A stretch of 64,000 nucleotides of DNA from an uncultured Candidatus Rokubacteria bacterium (GTDB taxonomy: Bacteria > Methylomirabilota > Methylomirabilia > Rokubacteriales > CSP1-6). Location: positions 704,001 to 768,000 of the forward strand of contig CAVYTA010000005.1 of assembly GCA_963771355.1 (NCBI GenBank). Reading direction: 5' to 3'. The position numbers and the translations under genes are program-made. The notes under the pieces are model-generated. The model was given only the letters and a program-made list of their open reading frames with translations. It did not search any database and was not told the origin of the DNA. Below, piece by piece: positions 49,322-59,403 of this stretch. Numbering within the stretch: the stretch's first letter is position 1; the number at the start of each line of letters is the position of its first letter.

Positions 49322-52300
49322 ATGTTCGTCGAGCTGCATGCCCGCAGTGCCTTCAGCTTCCTCGAGGCGGCGGCTTTGCCCGAGGAGCTGGCCGAGCGGG
49401 CGGCCGCGCTCGAGCAGCCGGCGCTGGCCCTCCTCGACCGCGACGGGCTCTACGGCGCGCCGCGCTTCTACCGCGCGGCGACCCGCGTCGGAATCAACCC
49501 CTTGGTCGGAGCGGAGGTCACGCTGGCGGAGGGCGGCCGGCTGCCGCTGCTGGTGGAAAGCCCCGAGGGCTATCAGAACCTCTGTCGGCTCCTCACCAAG
49601 ATGAAGATGCGCGCCTCCTCCAAGGACACCGGGGCGGCTACGCTCGACGAGATCGCCGAGCACGCGGTGGGGCTGGTCTGCCTCACGGCGGGCGAGGACG
49701 GGCCCGTGGCGCTGGCGCTGGAGGCCGGCGGCGCCCCCGCGGCGCGCGCGCTGCTCGACCGGCTCACCGGCGTCTTCGGCCGCGGCAATGTCTATGCCGA
49801 GCTGCAACGCCACTTCCGCCGCGCGGAGGAAGCGCGCAACGAGTGGCTGCGGGGGGCGGCGGCCACGCTCGGCCTGCCGCTCCTCGCCACCAATGCGCCC
49901 GCGCATGGCCGAGCGCGGCCAGCGGCCGCTCCTCGACGCGCTCACCTGCATCCGGCATCACACCACCCTGGATCGCGCGGGCCGGCTCCTCGCCGACAAT
50001 AGCGAGCGCCATCTGCGGCCTACGCGCGAGGTGGAGCGCCTCTTCGCCGACTGCCCCGACGCGGTGGCCAATAGCGGCGAGCTCGCCATCCGTCTGGCCT
50101 TCACTCTCAAGCACCTCGGCTACCGCTTTCCCGACTATCCGCTGCCGCCGGGGCAGACGCCCATCGGCCTCCTTCGCCACCTCGCCGAGGAGGGACGCCG
50201 GGCGCGCTATGGCGACGGCGAGCTCGCGGAGCGGGCGCGGCAGCAGATCGCGCGCGAGCTGGAGCTCATCGGCCGGCTCGACCTTCCCGGCTATTTCCTC
50301 ATCGTCTGGGACATCGTCCAGTTCTGCCGCGCCGAGGGCATTCTCGTGCAGGGGCGGGGCTCGGCGGCGAACAGCGCCGTCTGCTACGCGCTCGGCATCA
50401 CCGCGGTGGACGCGGTGGGCATGGATCTGCTCTTCGAGCGCTTCCTCTCCGAGGAGCGTGGGGAGTGGCCGGACATCGACCTCGACCTGCCCAGCGGAGA
50501 CCGGCGCGAGCGGGTGATCCAGTACGTCTACGAGCGGTACGGCCGTCTGGGCGCCGCCATGACCGCCAACGTCATCACGTACCGTGGTCGGCTGGCGGCG
50601 CGCGAGGTCGGCAAGGTGCTGGGCCTGCCCGCCGACCTCATCGAGCGGCTGAGCGGGTTCGTGACGGACTTCGAGTTCAAGGATCCGGGCGACACCCTCC
50701 TCGCGCACCTCGCCGCCGCCGGCTGCGATCCCGCCCACCCGCGCATGCAGGTGTTCGCCGCGCTCTGGTCGGCCATCCAGGATCGCCCGCGCCACCTCGG
50801 TCAACACTCGGGCGGCATGGTGATCTGCCAGGGACGGCTCGACGCGGTGGTGCCGCTCGAGCCCGCCACCATGCCCGGCCGCTCCGTCGTCCAGTGGGAC
50901 AAGGACGACTGCGGCGCGTTGGGCATCGTGAAAGTCGATCTCCTGGGGCTCGGTATGATGTCGCTGCTCCAGGACGCGATCGAGATGATCTCCGCGCGGG
51001 GCGGCGCCGTGGACCTGGCTCATCTGCCGCCCGACGATCGGGCCGTCTACGACATGCTGAAGCGCGCCGACACCGTCGGCGTCTTCCAGGTGGAGAGCCG
51101 GGCGCAGATGGCGACGCTGCCACGCCTGCGCCCCGAGCGTTTCTACGACCTCGTGGTGCAGGTGGCCATCATCCGGCCGGGGCCCATCGTGGGCGACATG
51201 GTGCACCCCTATCTCCGCCGCCGCGCCGGCCGCGAGCCGGTGACAGTGCCGCATCCGACGCTCGAGCCCATCCTGCGGCGCACGCTCGGCGTGCCGCTCT
51301 TCCAGGAGCAATTGCTCCGCATGGCCATGGCCACCGCCGGCTTCACCGGGGGCGAGGCCGAAGAGCTGCGCCGCGCGCTGGGCTTCAAGCGCGCCGCCCG
51401 CGCCATGGCCGACATCGAGGGCAAGCTCCGCGCCGGCATGGCGCGCCAGGGCATCACCGGCGAGCCGGCGGAGGCCATCATCCGTTCCATCACCGCCTTC
51501 GCGCTGTATGGCTTCCCCGAATGCGTGGTCGGCGAGACGCGGGTGATCGACGCCGATACGGGGCGCCGTGTAAAGATCGAGGACGTGGTGGCCGGGCGGG
51601 TCCCGCTCACCCACACGCTGGCCTGTGATGAAGACCTGCGCATCCGCAAGCGGCGCGTGCTCGGCGCGACGGCCAGCGGCCAGCGGATGGTTTACCGTGT
51701 TCGTACCGCGCTGGGCCGCGAGGTGACGGCCACCGCCGAGCACCCGCTCCTGACCCTGGACGGCTGGCGTCCCCTCGGCCACCTGCGTGTGGGGGATGAC
51801 ATCGCCGTGGTCTCCGATCCCATGCCGGATGCGAAGGTCGATTGGGATCCCGTCACCGCGATCGAGCCGGTGGGAATGCAGGAGACCTACGATCTCTCCG
51901 TCGAAGAGGACCATAACTTCATCGCCAATGACGTCGTCGTGCATAACTCGCATGCGGCCAGCTTCGCGCTCCTGGCCTATGCCAGCACTTACCTCAAGGC
52001 GCATCACCCGGCGGCCTTCTACGCGGCGCTGCTCAACAACCAGCCCATGGGCTTCTACCACCCCGCCACCATCGTGCGAGACGCCCAGCGTCACGGGCAG
52101 GTGATCCGCCCCATCGACGTCACGTGCTCGGGCTGGCTCTGCGCCATCGAGACGGACAGCGCGGTGCGGCTCGGACTCCGCTACGTGAAGGGATTGCGTG
52201 AAGATGCGGGCAAGCGCCTCGAGGCGGCGCGCCTCACGCGCCCCTTCGACTCCGTCGCCGATCTCGTGCGCCGCGGCGACGTCAATCGCGAGGAGCTGGC

Positions 52301-52859
52301 GCGCCTGGGCGAGGTGGGCGCGCTCGGCGGGCTGGGCCTCGAGCGGCGCCAGGCGCTCTGGGAAGGGGAGCGGGCCATCCGGCCGACGGGGCCGCTCTAT
52401 GCCGGGTTGCCCGATCCGCCGTCCCCCTCGCCGCTGCGGCCCATGACGGAGGAGGAAGAGGTGGTGGCCGACTACGCGGGCACGGGCCTGTCGGTGGGGC
52501 CGCACCCGATGGCACTGCGGCGCGCCGGGCTCGCCAAGCGGGGCGTGACGCGCGCCGCCGAGCTCGCCGATCGGCCGCATGGGAGCGCGGTGCGCGTGGC
52601 GGGAGCGGTGGTGGTGCGCCAGCGCCCGGGTACCGCGAAGGGCTTCGTCTTCCTCAACCTCGAGGACGAGACCGGCCTCATCAACGTGATCGTGCGCCCG
52701 CAGCACTTCGCCCGCTACCGCGAGCTCCTCACCGGCGAGCCCTTTCTCCTCGTGGACGGACGCCTCCAGCACGAGGACGGGGTGATCTCGGTGCGCGCCG
52801 ATCGCCTCCAGGCGCTCGCGGTCCGCCTGGGCGCCTTGCCCTCGCACGACTTCCACTGA
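49322..52859 (+). CDS. dnaE2: Error-prone DNA polymerase DnaE2/ImuC (+1 frameshift near 49901; contains an intein)
   Basis: ELHARSAFSFL PHP domain, GRGSAANS, PDIDLD, PRHLGQHSGG, VFQVESRAQM, LLNNQPMGFY, RQRPGTAKG, C-terminal SHDFH. Confidence 0.92.
51522..51947 (+). mobile_element. Mini-intein (Hint domain, 142 aa, no homing endonuclease) in dnaE2
   Basis: Interrupts YGFPE|SHAASF; begins CVVGETRV, block B TATAEHPLL, block F TYDLSV, ends HNFIANDVVVHN followed by Ser. Confidence 0.93.
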
Positions 52860-52885
52860 TCCCCGAAATTCCTTACACTGACGCC

Positions 52886-54916
52886 ATGCCGAACGCGCTC
52901 CGGGTCGTCCGCACCATGTGCCCGATGAATTGCCATCCCACGCTGTGCGGCATGCTGGTGGAGGTGGACGGCGACCGCCTCGTCTCCGTGAAGGGCGATC
53001 CCGACAACCCGGATAGCCAGGGGTTCCTCTGCGTCCGGGGGCACGCCTCGCGCGAGATCATCGGCAACCCGCAGCGCCTCCTGCGCCCTCTCGTCCGGCC
53101 CCGCCGCGACGCCGGCTGGCGCGAGGCCACCTGGGACGAGGCGCTCGACCTCATCGCCGCGCGGATGCAGGCGGCCGGGCGCGAGGCGGTGGGGATCTGG
53201 AGCGGGCATGGCGCCTTCGCCAACAACTACGGCACGCGCGTCAACTCACACCTCATGCGCCGCTTCGCCAATCTCTGGGGCTGCCAGTGGTGGAACCCCA
53301 CCATGATCTGCTGGGGCCTGGGCGCCTTCGGGCTCGGTCTCACCGGCGTGCTCGAGGCCAATACCAAGGAGGACATGGGCGCGCACGCGGCCTTCATTCT
53401 CCTCTGGGGCGCCAACCTCGCCAGCCAGCCCAATACCGGCCGGCACCTGGCGGCGGCGCGGCGGCGGGGCGCGCACGTGGTGACGGTGGACGTGCGCACC
53501 ACCGAGGCGGCGGCCCAGTCGGACGAGGTGCTGTTGCTCCGGCCGGGCACGGATGCGGCGCTCGCACTGGGCATGATGCACGTGATCGTGGACGAGGGGC
53601 TCCACGACCGCAACTTCGTCGCGCGGCACACGGTGGGCTTCGACGCGCTCGCCGCCCACCTGCGGACGCACACCCCGGCATGGGCGGCGGAGGTGACGGG
53701 CATCGCCGCCGAGCGCATCGCGGCGCTGGCGCGTCGCTACGCGACCACGCGGCCGGCCTCGATCGTGCTGGGTGGCTCATCCATGCACAAGGGGTCCAAC
53801 GGCTGGCAGGGCGCGCGCGCGGTGGGCTGCCTGCCCGCGCTCACCGGCAATGTCGGCATCGCCGGTGGTGGCTTCGGCCCGCGCCACGGGGCGCGGAGCC
53901 ACGGCCAAGAGCTCAACGACATCACCCTCATGGATCGCCGGCCCCCCGGCCGCTACGTGCCGAACCAGATGCCGCGGGTCACCGAGGCGCTGGAGGACGG
54001 TCGCCTCCGCGCCCTGCTCCTCTTCGGCACCGACATGCTCTCGTCCTACGCGGATGCGGGTCGGCTCGCCGAGGGGATGGCCCGCGCCGATCTCGTGGTG
54101 AGCCACGATCTCTTCCTCAACGACACCGCGCGCCGCTTCGCCGACGTGGTGCTGCCGAGCACGTCCTGGCTGGAGGAGCTGGGCTGCAAGAGCACCAATA
54201 CCCATCTCTACCTGATGGACCCGGCGCTGCCGCCGGCCGGGGAATCTCGCACGGTGGCCGAGGTGCTGCGGGGGCTGGCCGGCCGCCTCGACGTGGGCGG
54301 TTTCTATCCCTGGGCGGACGCGGCGGGCGTGCTCGACGCGCTCATCGACCATCCCGCGACCGGGCATGCCACGGTGGCGGCGATGCGGGCCGAGGGCGGA
54401 ATCCGGGCCCTGCGCATCTCCCACGTGGCGCATCCGGACCTGGTCTTCCCCACGCCGTCCGGCAAGGTGGAGCTCGTGTCCGAGCGCGCGGTGAGCCTCG
54501 GGCTGCCGGCCTTGCCCGTCTACGAGCCGCTGCCGGATTCCCCCTTTCCGCTGACTTTTCGTCAGGGACGTACGCTCACGCAGTTCCACGGGTTCTACGA
54601 TCACGGGCGGGCGCTGCCCACCCTGGCCCGGCTGGACCCCGAGCCCGTCCTCTGGATTTCCCCCGACGACGCGGCGGCACGGGCGCTGGAGGACGGCGCG
54701 CCCATCCGGATCTTCAACGAGCGGGGCGAGTTCAGGGCCCGCGCGCGGACCACGGATCAGGTGCCGCCGGGCACGGTCTGGATGCGGGACGGCTGGACGG
54801 GGCTCAACCGTCTCACCGACGGCGAGGCCGCCATTCCAGACATCGCGGTGGATTCATTCGGATTTTCCGGCGGTCAGGCTTCCTTCGACGCCCGGGTCGA
54901 GGTCGCACACGCCTGA
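52886..54916 (+). CDS. DMSO-reductase-family molybdopterin oxidoreductase
   Basis: CPMNCHPTLCG...GFLCVRG, WDEALD, LRPGTDAALALG, ADVVLPS, TPSGKVEL, C-terminal dinucleotide-binding domain; no Tat signal. Confidence 0.88.
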   Translation: MPNALRVVRTMCPMNCHPTLCGMLVEVDGDRLVSVKGDPDNPDSQGFLCVRGHASREIIGNPQRLLRPLVRPRRDAGWREATWDEALDLIAARMQAAGREAVGIWSGHGAFANNYGTRVNSHLMRRFANLWGCQWWNPTMICWGLGAFGLGLTGVLEANTKEDMGAHAAFILLWGANLASQPNTGRHLAAARRRGAHVVTVDVRTTEAAAQSDEVLLLRPGTDAALALGMMHVIVDEGLHDRNFVARHTVGFDALAAHLRTHTPAWAAEVTGIAAERIAALARRYATTRPASIVLGGSSMHKGSNGWQGARAVGCLPALTGNVGIAGGGFGPRHGARSHGQELNDITLMDRRPPGRYVPNQMPRVTEALEDGRLRALLLFGTDMLSSYADAGRLAEGMARADLVVSHDLFLNDTARRFADVVLPSTSWLEELGCKSTNTHLYLMDPALPPAGESRTVAEVLRGLAGRLDVGGFYPWADAAGVLDALIDHPATGHATVAAMRAEGGIRALRISHVAHPDLVFPTPSGKVELVSERAVSLGLPALPVYEPLPDSPFPLTFRQGRTLTQFHGFYDHGRALPTLARLDPEPVLWISPDDAAARALEDGAPIRIFNERGEFRARARTTDQVPPGTVWMRDGWTGLNRLTDGEAAIPDIAVDSFGFSGGQASFDARVEVAHA

Positions 54917-54972
54917 ACCCGCGGTGCTAGAATCACCATCCAAATAGGGGCGAGGACTCACGAGGGGGATCG

Positions 54973-55362
54973 ATGCCGATCTACGAGTACGAGTGCGGAG
55001 GCTGTCGACGGCGAGTCAGTCTGCTCGTCCTGACTCCCTCCCGGGCCGCGGACCCCCGATGTCCGCGCTGTGGCAGCGCCGAGCTCACGCGGCTCATGTC
55101 CCGCTTTGCCACCGTGAAATCCGAAGATGCCCGCCTCGACTCGCTCTCCGACCCCTCCACCTATGGTGACCTCGACGAGAACAACCCCGCCTCGATGGCC
55201 CGCTTCATGAAGCGCATGGGCGACGAGATGGGCGAGGATCTCGGCGAGGACGTGGACGCGGCCATGGACGAGGCGATGGCCGAGTCCGGCGAGCCGGAGC
55301 CGGAGGCGAGGCGAGCGGATATGGAAACTGGGACGGATACGGGATCCGAGGACCAGCTCTAG
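54973..55362 (+). CDS. FmdB family zinc-ribbon protein
   Basis: MPIYEYECGGC...CPRCGS...RLMSRF, acidic tail; TGCTAGAAT extended -10 at ~54925. Confidence 0.88.
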   Translation: MPIYEYECGGCRRRVSLLVLTPSRAADPRCPRCGSAELTRLMSRFATVKSEDARLDSLSDPSTYGDLDENNPASMARFMKRMGDEMGEDLGEDVDAAMDEAMAESGEPEPEARRADMETGTDTGSEDQL

Positions 55363-55368
55363 GCACCC

Positions 55369-56349
55369 ATGAAGATCCAGACCCTTCCCGGCCTCGAGGC
55401 CCTCGACGCGGGCCGCTGGAACACGCTGCTCGCCCTCTCGGCCCAGCCCTCGGTGTTCATGACCTGGCAGTGGCAGGCCGCGTGGCTGCGCGCCTTCGGC
55501 GGGCGGCCGCTGCAGCTCCTGTCCGCCTCCGACGCGACCGAGTCCCTGGTGGCGGTGCTCCCGTTGCACGAGGCAGAGCCCGGGCTCTGGCGCATCGTGG
55601 GCGGCGTGGACGTCTCCGACTATCTCGATCTCATCGCGGCGGCGGGACGCGAGGAAGAGGTGTGGGAGGCACTGCTGCAGCATCGCGCGGCGGATCGTTC
55701 CGTGTGGCATCTCCGCGGCATCCGCGCCGAGTCGCCCACGGCCGAGCGGCTGCCCGGCCTCGCTCCCGCGCACGGCCTCACCGTGGCGGTGGAGCGCGAG
55801 GAGCGATGTCCCGTGCTCCGGCTGCCCGAGAGCTGGGACGCCTATCTGGCGATGCTCTCCGGCAAGGACCGCCACGAGCTGCGCCGGAAGATGCGGAAGC
55901 TCGAGGCCGAGCTGCCGGACGTCCGCGTGCGGAGCGTCATCGGGGGCCCGGGCTGGGACGAGGCGCTGGGCCAGTTCCTCCATCTGCACCGGCTCTCGCG
56001 CACGGGCAAGGCCAAGTTCATGGACGAGACGATGGAGCGCTTCTTCCGCGACGCGCTCGGGGCCCTCGCGGCCGAAGGGTGGGCACGACTCTGGTTCCTG
56101 GACTCGGCGGAGGTGCCGGTGGCCGCCTTCATCTGTACCGAGTACGGATCCAGCGTGGGCCTCTACAACTCCGGCTTCGATCCCGTCCACGCCCGTCTTG
56201 CCCCCGGCATCGTGCTCCTCGGCCACGTAGTCCGCGACGCCATCGAGCGGCGCGTCCCCGTCTTCGACTTCCTGCGGGGCGAGGAGCCCTACAAGTACGC
56301 CTTCGGCCCGGTGCCCACGGATCTCCTCAGCGTCCGGGTGGCGCCGTGA
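55369..56349 (+). CDS. GNAT N-acetyltransferase (CelD/BcsL-like)
   Basis: VFMTWQW, SDYLDLI, SWDAYL, YNSGFDP, FDFLRGEEPYK. Confidence 0.85.
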   Translation: MKIQTLPGLEALDAGRWNTLLALSAQPSVFMTWQWQAAWLRAFGGRPLQLLSASDATESLVAVLPLHEAEPGLWRIVGGVDVSDYLDLIAAAGREEEVWEALLQHRAADRSVWHLRGIRAESPTAERLPGLAPAHGLTVAVEREERCPVLRLPESWDAYLAMLSGKDRHELRRKMRKLEAELPDVRVRSVIGGPGWDEALGQFLHLHRLSRTGKAKFMDETMERFFRDALGALAAEGWARLWFLDSAEVPVAAFICTEYGSSVGLYNSGFDPVHARLAPGIVLLGHVVRDAIERRVPVFDFLRGEEPYKYAFGPVPTDLLSVRVAP

Positions 56350-57596
56350 ACCTGCGCATCGCGGTGCTGTCCGTTCACACCTGCCCGCTGGCCGCGCTGG
56401 GCGCCAAGGAGACGGGCGGGATGAACGTGTACGTGCGCGAGTCCGCGCGCGAGCTGGGTCGGATGGGCGTGCAGGTGGATGTGTTCACCCGCTCGCAGGA
56501 TCCGGGCATCCGCCGCATCGTGCCCCTCGGGGACAATGCGCGGGTGATTCATCTTCCCGCCGGGCCTCAGCGGCCGATGCCGCGCGAGGTGGTGCACCAG
56601 CACCTGTCCGAGTTCGTGGCCGGCATCGACGAGTTCCGCGAGACCGAGGACATCGGCTACGACCTCATCCACGCGCACTACTGGCTGTCCGGCGTGGCCG
56701 CGCTCGAGCTGCGGGAGCGGTGGGGCGCGCCGGTGATCCAGATGTTCCACACGCTGGGACGGCTGAAGAACAGCGTGGCGCGGGCGCCCACCGAGCTCGA
56801 GCCCGAGCTCCGCATCACGGAAGAGACCCGCATCGTCCGCGACGTCGACCGCATCGTCGCCGCCAACGTGGTGGAGCGCGCGCATCTCGTCTGGTACTAC
56901 GGGGCGGTGGCCGAGCGCATCGCGGTCATTCCCTGCGGGGTGGACACCGAGCTGTTCCAGCCGCTGGGCGCGGCCGCGGCCAAGGATCTCCTCGAGCTGC
57001 CCCCGGAGCCCTTGCTCCTCTACGTGGGGCGGCTCCAGCCGATCAAGGGCCTGGAGACGCTGCTGGAGGCCATGACCCGCCTGCGCCAGGACGCGCGGCT
57101 CCTCATCGTGGGCGGCGACCAGGACGAGCCCGAGAACGGCCACGGGGAGTATCTGCGCGGGCGGGTCGGGGCCCTCGGCCTCGGGGAGCGGGTCCACTTC
57201 CTGGGGGCCCAGCCCCAGCAGCGGCTCCGCCTCTTCTATGCCGCGGCCGATGCCACCGTGATGCCGTCCTACTACGAGTCCTTCGGCATGGTCGCGCTGG
57301 AGGCCATGGCCTGCGGCAGCCCGGTGGTGGCCTCACGCGTCGGCGGCCTCACCACCACGGTGCGCGACGGCGTGACCGGCTTCCTCGTCCCCGAGGGCGA
57401 CGCGGGCGCGCTGGCCGAGCGGCTCACCACCGTGCTCGGCGACGCGCGCCTGCGCGCGCGTCTCGGCCGCGAAGCCACCCGCTGGGCCGCGGAGCACCGC
57501 TGGCCCTGCGTGGCGGAGAAGGTGTGCGGCCTCTACGCGGAGCTGCGGCCCGCCGCCTCCCAGCATCTCGGCCACGCGCGCTGCACCCGCAGCTAG
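56346..57596 (+). CDS. GT4 glycosyltransferase, MshA-like
   Basis: SVHTCPL...GGMNVYV, HAHYWLSG, FHTLG, VGRLQPIKG, YYESFGMVALEAMACG. Confidence 0.85.
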   Translation: MNLRIAVLSVHTCPLAALGAKETGGMNVYVRESARELGRMGVQVDVFTRSQDPGIRRIVPLGDNARVIHLPAGPQRPMPREVVHQHLSEFVAGIDEFRETEDIGYDLIHAHYWLSGVAALELRERWGAPVIQMFHTLGRLKNSVARAPTELEPELRITEETRIVRDVDRIVAANVVERAHLVWYYGAVAERIAVIPCGVDTELFQPLGAAAAKDLLELPPEPLLLYVGRLQPIKGLETLLEAMTRLRQDARLLIVGGDQDEPENGHGEYLRGRVGALGLGERVHFLGAQPQQRLRLFYAAADATVMPSYYESFGMVALEAMACGSPVVASRVGGLTTTVRDGVTGFLVPEGDAGALAERLTTVLGDARLRARLGREATRWAAEHRWPCVAEKVCGLYAELRPAASQHLGHARCTRS

Positions 57597-57650
57597 GCCG
57601 TCGTCAGGCCGAGCTCGCCGCGCCCCTCACCCCCGCCCAGGAGACGAGCG

Positions 57651-58316
57651 ATGGAGCTCTACGACGTGATGCGGACGACGTTTTCCTCGCGCGAGTTCAC
57701 CGCCGACGCGGTGCCGGACGCGTTGCTCGCCAAGATCCTGGACAATGCCCGGTTTGCTCCGAGTGGGGGCAACCGCCAGGGCTGGCGCGTCATCGTGGTT
57801 CGGGACCCCGCCACGCGCCAGGCGCTCTCCGCGCTGGCCGCGCCCGCGGCGAAGCGGTATGCCGCACAGGTGCAGGCGGGCGAGAGCCCGTGGAATACCG
57901 TGCATCCAACCAAGGTCGATGACGCGACGATCGAGCGCACGCCGCCGCCCGCCCGGCTCACCGAGCCGTTCTCCAAGGCGCCCGTCGTGCTCGTGGTCTG
58001 CGTCGATCTCCAGGTGGTGGCCTCGATGGACCAGCTCCTGCCCCGTGTGGGCGTCATCAGCGGGGCGTCCATCTACCCCTTTGTCTGGAATATCCTGCTC
58101 GCGGCGCGTCATGAAGGGCTGGCCGGCACCATCACCACGCTGGCGGTGGCGCAGGAGCCGAAGCTTCAGGCCTTGCTCGGCATTCCCTCCCACGTGGCGG
58201 TGGCGGCGGTGATGCCCATGGGCCGGCCGGTGGCGCGGCTGACCAAGCTCAAGCGCAAGCCGGTGCCCGAGATCGCCATGCTCGAGCGCTGGGGCGGGAC
58301 GCCGCTCGCCGGCTGA
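57651..58316 (+). CDS. Nitroreductase family protein
   Basis: ARFAPSGGNRQGWRVIVV, NILLAARHEGL. Confidence 0.9.
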   Translation: MELYDVMRTTFSSREFTADAVPDALLAKILDNARFAPSGGNRQGWRVIVVRDPATRQALSALAAPAAKRYAAQVQAGESPWNTVHPTKVDDATIERTPPPARLTEPFSKAPVVLVVCVDLQVVASMDQLLPRVGVISGASIYPFVWNILLAARHEGLAGTITTLAVAQEPKLQALLGIPSHVAVAAVMPMGRPVARLTKLKRKPVPEIAMLERWGGTPLAG

Positions 58317-58410
58317 GGACCCGCCGGGGAGGCGTCGCCGCGTCGAGCGAGGAGGAGCCGGCGGAATCGTGCCGGGGCGCGTCGGGACGCTTGTGCTAGA
58401 CTCCCGGCCG

Positions 58411-59403
58411 ATGGACGTCCTGCTGGACGTGCGTGACCTACATACCCAGTTCACCACCTCGGGCGGCGTGGTCCGCGCGGTGGACGGCGTGTCGTGGGAC
58501 GTGCGCCCCGGCGAGACGGTGGCCCTGGTCGGCGAGTCCGGCTGCGGCAAGAGCGTGAGCGCGCTGTCCGTCATGCGCCTCATCGCCGCGCCTGCGGGCC
58601 GCATCGTGAGTGGTCAGATCCTGTTCAAGGGCCGCGATCTCCTCGCCCTGTCCGAGGACGAGATCCGGAAGGTACGCGGCCGCGAGATCGGCATGATCTT
58701 CCAGGAGCCGATGACCTCGCTCAATCCCGTGCTCACCATCGGACGCCAGCTCACCGAGACACTGGAGATCCACCTCGGCATGACCCCCGCGCAGTCGCGC
58801 GCGCGGGCGGGGGAGATCCTCGGGCTCGTGGGTATCTCCGACGCCGAGCGGCGGCTGCGTCAATACCCGCACCAGTTCAGCGGCGGGATGCGGCAGCGGA
58901 TCATGATCGCGATGGCGCTGTCCTGCAATCCCCCGCTCATCCTCGCCGACGAGCCCACCACTGCGCTCGACGTCACCATCCAGGCCCAGATCCTCGAGCT
59001 CCTCAAGGACCTCTCGCGCAAGCTCGGCGCGGCCATGCTCATCATCACCCACAACCTCGGCGTGGTGGCCCGCTACGCCGACCGGGTGAACGTGATGTAC
59101 GCGGGCCGCATCATAGAGCGGGGGACTGCCCGGGAAATCTACGCCAATCCGCGGCACCCCTATACCCTGGGGCTGCTCCGATCGGTGCCGCGGCTGGACG
59201 AGCCTCGGAAGTCTCGGCTCGACCCGATCAGCGGTCAGCCGCCCGATCTCACCCGGCTACCCCCCGGCTGCGCCTTCGCGCCGCGCTGCGCTTTCGTAGT
59301 CGAGCGGTGCCGGGCCGAGCGGCCGGAGCTCCTGACGGTGGCGGATGCTCATACCTCGGCTTGCTGGGAAACCGACCGCCTGGCCGTCAAGGTACCCGCG
59401 TGA
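58411..59403 (+). CDS. dppD: Oligo/dipeptide ABC ATPase
   Basis: [42 protein letters not shown]. Confidence 0.9.
   Translation: MDVLLDVRDLHTQFTTSGGVVRAVDGVSWDVRPGETVALVGESGCGKSVSALSVMRLIAAPAGRIVSGQILFKGRDLLALSEDEIRKVRGREIGMIFQEPMTSLNPVLTIGRQLTETLEIHLGMTPAQSRARAGEILGLVGISDAERRLRQYPHQFSGGMRQRIMIAMALSCNPPLILADEPTTALDVTIQAQILELLKDLSRKLGAAMLIITHNLGVVARYADRVNVMYAGRIIERGTAREIYANPRHPYTLGLLRSVPRLDEPRKSRLDPISGQPPDLTRLPPGCAFAPRCAFVVERCRAERPELLTVADAHTSACWETDRLAVKVPA

Noticed and set aside
49322..50002. dnaE2 split into separate PHP and polymerase genes, or programmed frameshift
   Set aside because: Removing one base near 49901 gives continuous ATNAPRMAERGQRPLLD; no slippery site is evident and it matches the other +1 errors.
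49764..52856. 1030-aa antisense ORF, and similar long antisense or off-frame ORFs (e.g. 13118-15955, 9996-11984)
   Set aside because: Shadow ORFs expected from high GC3 codon bias; no recognisable domains, and they overlap well-supported genes.
58321..58364. CCGCCGG...CCGGCGG inverted repeat as a terminator
   Set aside because: Short, long loop, no U-tract; expected by chance at this GC content.
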